Assembly: GCA_040326155.1 (NCBI GenBank)
Contig: JBEQLE010000004.1
Span: 1 to 64,000 of the forward strand
DNA length: 64,000 bases
Source of the DNA: Leptospirales bacterium
Lineage (GTDB): Bacteria; Spirochaetota; Leptospiria; Turneriellales; JAOUFE01
Direction of reading: 5' to 3'
A program made the position numbers and the translations under genes. Numbering within the stretch: position 1 is the first letter of the stretch; each line of letters opens with the position of its first letter. This document shows positions 57,990 through 64,000 of this stretch, one piece after another. A model generated the notes under the pieces. It made no database searches. It worked only from the letters and a program-made list of their open reading frames with translations, and had not been told where the DNA came from.

Positions 57990-59627
57990 ATGGAAAACCT
58001 CATTTTAATTGTCCTGATCGCCGCTTTATGCTCCACGGTGTTAAATGTATTTTTTAAACGTTTTAATATGCCCCCTATATTGGGTTATATTTTATCTGGG
58101 GTAATTATTACATCTATTTTTAATTTACAAAATTCAAACCGACAAATGCTGTCTGAAATAGCCGAGTTCGGAATCGTTTTTTTACTTTTTACGATTGGCC
58201 TTGAATTCTCAGTTCAGAATTTAAAGAAAATGAAAAAAGAGGTTTTTGTTCATGGAACAATCCAATTTTTGTTAACATCACTTGTATTTTTTCTCATAGC
58301 GCACTATTTTTTTTCCATCCCTCTAAAAGGGGCTATTGTATCGGGAGCAGCGCTTGCCCTCTCTTCAACCGCAATTGTATTGAAATTTTTTCAAGAAAAT
58401 AGAGAGATGGGCCGGGCTTATGCAAGAGAATCGCTCGGTATTTTAATCTTACAGGATATTGCCGTAATTCCGGTACTTATTATGATCGGAATTTTTACAA
58501 AAACCGGTGATGTCAATATCGGTACGTTGCTTGCCCGAACTGTTTTAGAAGCGGCAATTGTTTTAGCCTTGTTATGGGTATTTGGCAAATACGTATTAAA
58601 CATAGCTTTGTCCTGGGTAACCAGTGTTCACTCCCATGAGATCTTTATTTCATCCATTTTACTTCTCGTTGTTGGCGCCTCCTACCTCGCCCACTCCTTC
58701 GGATTTTCTTACTCCTTAGGCGCATTTATTGCCGGACTCATGATTGCTGAAACCCAGTATAAATACCAGATTGAAGCCGATCTGACTCCCTTTCGAGATA
58801 TTTTACTGGGGGTATTTTTTGTCTCTGTTGGAATGCAGATTGATATCCGGTTTATGTTCCTACACCTAGCCGACATTCTAACGCTGATGACTATGATTAT
58901 GCTGATTAAAGCCGCTCTAATATTTCTGGTTTTACGCTTTAGTCATTGGAGTTCAACTTCATTAAAAACGGCCGTGGCTCTATCTCAGGTTGGTGAATTT
59001 TCATTTGTAATATTTGAACTTGCCCAAGATGGAAAATTACTGAGCGGCGATATATCGAAAACGATGATTATAGCGGTTGTCTTTTCTCTTATGTTAACGC
59101 CATTCATATTGCGCTACCTCGAATTAATAATTCGCTTTACCCGAAGGCAAAGCAATACGCAAGAATCAGTATTAATTGAACCGAAACCCGAAAAAATGAA
59201 AGGTCATATTCTGGTTTGTGGATATGGTTTCCAAGGACGCCAGGTGGTGGAACAACTGATAAAAATGAATATCCCTTATCTTGCCATTGAATTTCAAAGA
59301 CAACTCGTAGACAAGGGCAAGGCAGCCGGTAGGAATATTATGTTTGGTAATGCATCTCAGAAATCTATATTAAAAAAAGCGGGATTACGTAATGCAATTG
59401 CCGCCATCGTTGCTATTGAAGACGAAAAAAAAGCCGCATTAGTTGGCAGAAGAGTAACTGAAGCCGCAGCAAACATTAACGTTGTAATCAAGGTCTCTCA
59501 TGAAAACCTTTTTGCAGATTTAAAAGATATGGACGGCGTACATATAATTAACGAACACGCGGCTCTTGCCAAAACCCTCGTAAACTATGCCATCACCTGT
59601 GATATTGACCAAAACCAGAGTCAATAA
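57990..59627 (+). CDS. CPA2 cation:proton antiporter (KefB/KefC-like) with TrkA-N domain
   Basis: AEFGIVFLLFTIGLE, LSSTAIV, LQD, LSQVGEFSF, CGYG. Confidence 0.94.
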   Translation: MENLILIVLIAALCSTVLNVFFKRFNMPPILGYILSGVIITSIFNLQNSNRQMLSEIAEFGIVFLLFTIGLEFSVQNLKKMKKEVFVHGTIQFLLTSLVFFLIAHYFFSIPLKGAIVSGAALALSSTAIVLKFFQENREMGRAYARESLGILILQDIAVIPVLIMIGIFTKTGDVNIGTLLARTVLEAAIVLALLWVFGKYVLNIALSWVTSVHSHEIFISSILLLVVGASYLAHSFGFSYSLGAFIAGLMIAETQYKYQIEADLTPFRDILLGVFFVSVGMQIDIRFMFLHLADILTLMTMIMLIKAALIFLVLRFSHWSSTSLKTAVALSQVGEFSFVIFELAQDGKLLSGDISKTMIIAVVFSLMLTPFILRYLELIIRFTRRQSNTQESVLIEPKPEKMKGHILVCGYGFQGRQVVEQLIKMNIPYLAIEFQRQLVDKGKAAGRNIMFGNASQKSILKKAGLRNAIAAIVAIEDEKKAALVGRRVTEAAANINVVIKVSHENLFADLKDMDGVHIINEHAALAKTLVNYAITCDIDQNQSQ

Positions 59628-60037
59628 ACATCAATTGAGTAATCTGCCCCCGAACTATTGCCCATATATACAACTCGTATAAACAACGAGGTACCCGAGG
59701 CTGTTGCCAGACAAGACTCAGTATTGGTTCCCGAGTTTGTACCGTTGCAAACCTGGTTTGTAAAATCTGCATCAGTAAAAACCTCAAGGTCCACATCACC
59801 GTTTAAATTATATAAATCTATATAATAAGATGAACTTGCGTTTACTCCATCTATTTCGTAATACCATTCATCAGATGTATAATCTGTATATGGAATATCG
59901 TCAAAAGCGGTTCCATCGTAATAAATGTAAACAGGGTTATCCTTACTGCCTTCTGACACAGACACGGTGACTGTACAAGTTGCTCGCACAGCAAAGATAA
60001 ATACAAATAAGGTAAAAATTAATAATTTGAGTTTCAT
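59621..60037 (-). CDS. Secreted protein with PPC-like domain
   Basis: Signal peptide; GDVDLEV...C......ESC...LFIRV...YSI; GAGGGG RBS. Confidence 0.72.
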   Translation of the reverse strand: MKLKLLIFTLFVFIFAVRATCTVTVSVSEGSKDNPVYIYYDGTAFDDIPYTDYTSDEWYYEIDGVNASSSYYIDLYNLNGDVDLEVFTDADFTNQVCNGTNSGTNTESCLATASGTSLFIRVVYMGNSSGADYSIDVY

Positions 60038-60081
60038 TTAACAACCCCTCATGAGAACAATAATAGAATCGTACTGCTTTG

Positions 60082-61404
60082 TCAATTTTTTTTCAGTCGC
60101 ATATATCGGTATAAAAAAACAGCAGCTATTGAAAAAGCGACTGCCGGGCCAAATGCGTATAAAGTACGTATGGCCAGCGCCGACTCATAAGTTTGTTCCA
60201 CATTTGCTATATACCCGCCCCACCATAAAACAACACCGAGCAAGGCGGCGGAAAACCCCATAGCACTTTTATTTATGAAAGTGTATAATGCAAAATATGT
60301 TCCTTCACGACTCTGGTTCTCCTGTACTCCGTCAGAAGAAATTGTGTCGGCTAAAGCCGCAGGGTTTATCATAATGATTGCCCCGGCGGCAACACCGGCG
60401 ATTGTCGCCAAGATCGCCATTTGTACAACATCTCCGGCGCTTAAATACATGGTGAAAATAAAAATCAACGCTGCTGTAATATTAGCCCCCATCCATAATT
60501 TTAGTTTATCAACTCGTTTAGCAATGAATATCCAGCCGGGAATCGAAAGTGTGGCGGCCAGCATGAACAGTCCGATTACGATGGCCTCACTACCAGGGGC
60601 ATTTAGAATATATTCTGTATAATAAAATGTAGCTGTCAAAATGATGGCTCCGCCGACCTGACTGAAAAAACCAACAATTAGTATACTTCGAGCCTGACGA
60701 TTTTTCAACACAGCACCATAGGTTTTAAATATACCATGCTTTGCACTTGTCTGGTCTTGACCGCGCGGGGTTTTTAAAACCATAATCCATATTACGGCGA
60801 TTGTAAAAATTCCCACTCCGCCCATAACCCAGGGAGTAACTTCTTTTGCCGTCGCCCCGGAACCTGGTTCAAAAATAACCATCTGTAAAACGGCAACTCC
60901 CAGAAAATTTCCAATATTTTCCCAAAGAGCTCTGTTTCCATATATTCTATTTCTGTCGTGATAATCAGCCGAAAGTTCAGCCCCTAAAGAGTAATGTGGA
61001 ATATAAAAAGCTGTCAAAGCAGTATAAAAAACCGGAATTGCAATAATCATCCAGAGTATCTTATAATTCTCGGCGGGAGTCCATAAAAAATAAAATAACA
61101 CACCTGTGGGAATCGCCGAAGCGGCAATCCATAACCGGCGTCTACCCATACGGGAGGTGGTATGGTCGCTTAAATAACCACAAATGGGATCGTTTATAGC
61201 GTCCCAGATGCGAGCGCCAAGAAAAATCATTCCCATTGTTAAGCTGCCGATAAATAAAACATCAGTAGCATACTTCATTAAGTAAGTTCCGGTAAGAAAA
61301 TTCAACATCGACGCCCCGGTCATGGGCAGCCCGTAAAAGAAAAGTAATTTCCTTGAAATCGGACCTGAAGAGGCAGCCCGAGCGTGATCAACATCTGGTT
61401 TCAT
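60082..61404 (-). CDS. GPH/MelB-type MFS transporter
   Basis: RIWDAINDP..GYLSD.T.SRMGRRR; 12 TM. Confidence 0.92.
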   Translation of the reverse strand: MKPDVDHARAASSGPISRKLLFFYGLPMTGASMLNFLTGTYLMKYATDVLFIGSLTMGMIFLGARIWDAINDPICGYLSDHTTSRMGRRRLWIAASAIPTGVLFYFLWTPAENYKILWMIIAIPVFYTALTAFYIPHYSLGAELSADYHDRNRIYGNRALWENIGNFLGVAVLQMVIFEPGSGATAKEVTPWVMGGVGIFTIAVIWIMVLKTPRGQDQTSAKHGIFKTYGAVLKNRQARSILIVGFFSQVGGAIILTATFYYTEYILNAPGSEAIVIGLFMLAATLSIPGWIFIAKRVDKLKLWMGANITAALIFIFTMYLSAGDVVQMAILATIAGVAAGAIIMINPAALADTISSDGVQENQSREGTYFALYTFINKSAMGFSAALLGVVLWWGGYIANVEQTYESALAIRTLYAFGPAVAFSIAAVFLYRYMRLKKN

Positions 61405-61483
61405 AGAGACCCAGAAATAAAATAAAAGCATTGCAGGCATAGTCCTTTTTTTGTTTTATCATTTGAAAACATCGGAGTCCAAT

Positions 61484-62407
61484 TTGAGATCAAATATTGT
61501 ATTATTTAACCCTTCTTCCGGTAAAGGTCGTTCGCTGAAAAAAAAAGAACACCTGAGTAGCGCTTTAAATAAATATTCCATTGAACACGAATTTATTATT
61601 ACAAAAAGTGAGGCGCATCTACGGGAACTTGTTCATACCCATGCAGACGCAAAATCAATTATAGCTGTCGGGGGAGATTCGACGATTACAATTGCTGCCG
61701 ATGAAATTATAAAAGGAAAACATAACGTAACCCTCGGGTTAATCCCTCTCGGTTCGTCAGACGATATAGCGCTGGATTACGGAATTACCGATCTTGAAAA
61801 AGCGGTCTCCGTTATTCACAAAGCAGAAACCCGGCAAACCGATATCGGTAAAATAACGGAAAATGGGAATACTGTATGCCATTTTCTGGGTCAGGCAAAT
61901 ATAGGAATCGGAGTCGCGGTTAACCGTTATGTGGCAAATGCCGTTCATAAGAATAGATTTCTTTCTAAAAACCAGACTTTAGCGGGTCTGGCCGGAATGA
62001 TGCATGCCTATAAAAAACACGAAGTTCCCGTGCAAGCCCATATTGTTCATCCAGAAGAAAACATGGATGGGGAATTTACCAGCCTATTGTTCAGTAAAAT
62101 TCGATACTGGGCCTCAGGGTTGCTATATGCACCAAGCGCAAAACCCGATGATGGTGATTTACATGCTGTGTTTATTAAGTCCTGCCCACTGCTCCGGTTA
62201 CTGCGTTTGACTCAACTGGCTGCAAACGGAAGGCATGTGAAGCAAGAAGAGACAGTGACAGTTTCTGCAAATAAATTTCGCGTTCGTTTAAACTCCCCGT
62301 TTCAAATTCAAGTCGACGGCGACATTCTGCAACAATCGAATCAAGAAAGAAATTTTACAGAAGTTGAATTTTCAACGTTACCTTTGGCTATAAAAGTCTT
62401 TCGGTAA
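61484..62407 (+). CDS. Diacylglycerol kinase family lipid kinase
   Basis: FNPSSGKG, AVGGDST, IPLGSSDD, PDDG, QVDGD; GGAG before TTG 61484. Confidence 0.92.
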   Translation: MRSNIVLFNPSSGKGRSLKKKEHLSSALNKYSIEHEFIITKSEAHLRELVHTHADAKSIIAVGGDSTITIAADEIIKGKHNVTLGLIPLGSSDDIALDYGITDLEKAVSVIHKAETRQTDIGKITENGNTVCHFLGQANIGIGVAVNRYVANAVHKNRFLSKNQTLAGLAGMMHAYKKHEVPVQAHIVHPEENMDGEFTSLLFSKIRYWASGLLYAPSAKPDDGDLHAVFIKSCPLLRLLRLTQLAANGRHVKQEETVTVSANKFRVRLNSPFQIQVDGDILQQSNQERNFTEVEFSTLPLAIKVFR

Positions 62408-62462
62408 TTTATGTCTTGTATTGATCATTTCATCCTGTAATATTATTCCAACAAAGAATTTC

Positions 62463-62573
62463 AGGAAGGGGGCGGATGGTTTTTTACCCACCGGGAAAAC
62501 CACAATCCCCCTTGTCTGCGAATTTTTTTGGAAGCCAAAAAAGATTCTTCGACAACCCCCCGTTATTATAATT
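62463..62573 (-). repeat. G5-initiated structured intergenic element, copy C
   Basis: Reverse complement ACGGGGGGTTGTC...GACAAGGGGG...CCCCCTTCCT. Confidence 0.55.
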
Positions 62574-62674
62574 TTATTTCGACAACACTATTAATGAATT
62601 CGTTATCAGGGTATTCATAGACGAATAATTTTTTAATAATGGACAACCCTTCTCTTTTTTAGTTATTATACAAC

Positions 62675-62845
62675 GTGGCTGTATCATACCTGGAACCAAT
62701 ACCTGAACTAACCGGCAATAAGGCTAAAGAGTTCGAAGAGAAAATGAAATCAATTAAACCTAAGGTATTATCGAAAGATGAAAAGGATTGGCTGAAAACT
62801 GTCAAAATTGGCGGCCAGCATATTTTTGATAAAAATCATAAATGA
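62675..62845 (+). CDS. 56-aa putative antitoxin (absent from ORF track)
   Basis: GTG start; MAVSYLEPIPELTGNKAKEFEEKMK; TGA overlaps the ATG of the GNAT remnant. Confidence 0.55.
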   Translation: MAVSYLEPIPELTGNKAKEFEEKMKSIKPKVLSKDEKDWLKTVKIGGQHIFDKNHK

Positions 62846-63122
62846 TACTTCATTTTCCTGAAGAATAGGCCGTTTTGCAGTACATACAGAACTGGCCAGC
62901 AAAGGTATCGGCAGCAAACTTATAAATTTTATTAAACTTTGGTTTACTGTAACCAATAAAACCGGGTGCAGGTTTTTAATCGTCGATGCTAGAAACTCAG
63001 ACCCTGTTATCAAATTCTATCGAAAAAATGGTTTTGAAGATTATCCAGAGACTTCAAGAGACAGCAATACTGTTCTTATGTTTTATGATCTATTAGCTTT
63101 CCAGTTAGCATTTGATAAATAA
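62842..63122 (+). pseudogene. GNAT acetyltransferase toxin remnant (N-terminal half missing)
   Basis: RIGRFAVH...KGIGSKL, TGCRFLIVDA, FYRKNGF, LMFYDL in a frame with no start; ATG 62842 frame stops after 8 codons. Confidence 0.8.
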
Positions 63123-63224
63123 ATTATTAGAAAGCCGGCAGCTGACTTTAAACTCAAATTTCACATACCAGATTTTCATCTGCTCTACCGCACTACGCAC
63201 GACTGCAAGGCTAAATAATATCTA

Positions 63225-63623
63225 TTGACATCAGAGAATTATGATGAGAAGAAAATTTCAAGCCTGGAAACACAAGCCAAGAAACTTAATGATGCAAGTA
63301 CGAAGAACTTGTTATCAAATTTGTTCTACAACTGGGGAACTTGCTTAATGAATCTGGCAAAAACCAAGCAAGGCAAAGAAGCGGAAGAGTTGTACAACCA
63401 GGCAATCGAGAAGTACCAAAAAGCTATTGAATTTGGCGGCAGTCCTTACAATCTTGCTTGTTTATATGCAATAACAGGAGATGAGAAGAACGCATTACAT
63501 TTCTTAGATATTAGTTTGAAAAACAAGGAAATTTCTACTGATTTTGTACTTGAAGACGAAGATTGGAAAAATCTTTTAGAACATGAAAAGTTTAAAGCAA
63601 TCATTCAAAAATACAAGACTTGA
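63225..63623 (+). pseudogene. C-terminal TPR fragment
   Basis: YNWGT.L..LAK, AIEKYQKA, YNLACLYA, DEDW; TTG start without RBS. Confidence 0.6.
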
Positions 63624-63679
63624 AACAGGAAGCATACTTGACTTTTATTCGGCCATTGGGGGAAACCAGTTCGCCACTG

Positions 63680-64000
63680 TTAGCGAGATTTCAAGTGGAA
63701 CCGAAAATCACAAGAATCACCTCCTTTTGAAATTGTTTGAGTTCTCTTTAAATTGCAATGCCAGAGTTCAGCTAAAGGGTAATCCATATTGCACGCAGCA
63801 AACGCAGTAAGTTCGGGAGACTCATTTTCGATAAAGAAATTTGAGATTGGACATTTGACAACATCAAAACCAACGTCACATTCCCCGTCTTTTTTTACTC
63901 GCTGAAAAGGTTTTCTGAAAATGATGAACCAAAGAAGGCCATTCACCAAGCCCAACCTGCGTTTACGATTCGAGCCAATTAATCTTGTGAGTTTATAACT
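63680..64000 (-). CDS. L-2-amino-thiazoline-4-carboxylic acid hydrolase-like protein, 3' part (frame open to window end)
   Basis: KCP, C.MD, LKRTQTISKGGDSCDFRF. Confidence 0.75.
   Translation of the reverse strand, partial: SYKLTRLIGSNRKRRLGLVNGLLWFIIFRKPFQRVKKDGECDVGFDVVKCPISNFFIENESPELTAFAACNMDYPLAELWHCNLKRTQTISKGGDSCDFRFHLKSR

Noticed and set aside
63130..63215. Possible riboswitch or ncRNA between the GNAT remnant and TPR fragment
   Set aside because: No known riboswitch consensus or convincing stem set found

Overview
AT-rich bacterial chromosomal window, most likely from a Leptospirales-type spirochaete (Leptospira-like FlaB, bactofilin, spirochaetal lipoproteins, long CheA; inference from protein features only). 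Most of it is housekeeping, signalling and chemotaxis genes: purE, trpD, trpB, pdxA, ybeY, recO, coaX, lgt, sucA, cheA with three CheY, a CNG K+ channel, a TonB receptor-YfiR-hybrid kinase module and an AmiC-PAS-GGDEF-EAL protein. The standout is a two-gene operon at 4099-5613: a fused monoheme cytochrome-porin with the hallmark motifs of cluster 1 Cyc2 iron oxidases, followed by a basic c555-like periplasmic cytochrome c. Together they form a candidate Fe(II)-oxidation or extracellular electron uptake module in a spirochaete. Also present: pdxA split at an A10 tract, a decaying integron-cassette-like islet (TA pair, nonsense-mutated HNH nuclease, unannotated 49-aa Cys/His protein), a deleted GNAT toxin, an Lgt with its own lipobox, and at least four families of structured intergenic repeats or MITEs. 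No tRNA, rRNA, CRISPR array, integrase or transposase was recognised. All product calls come from motif recognition by eye; no database searches were run.
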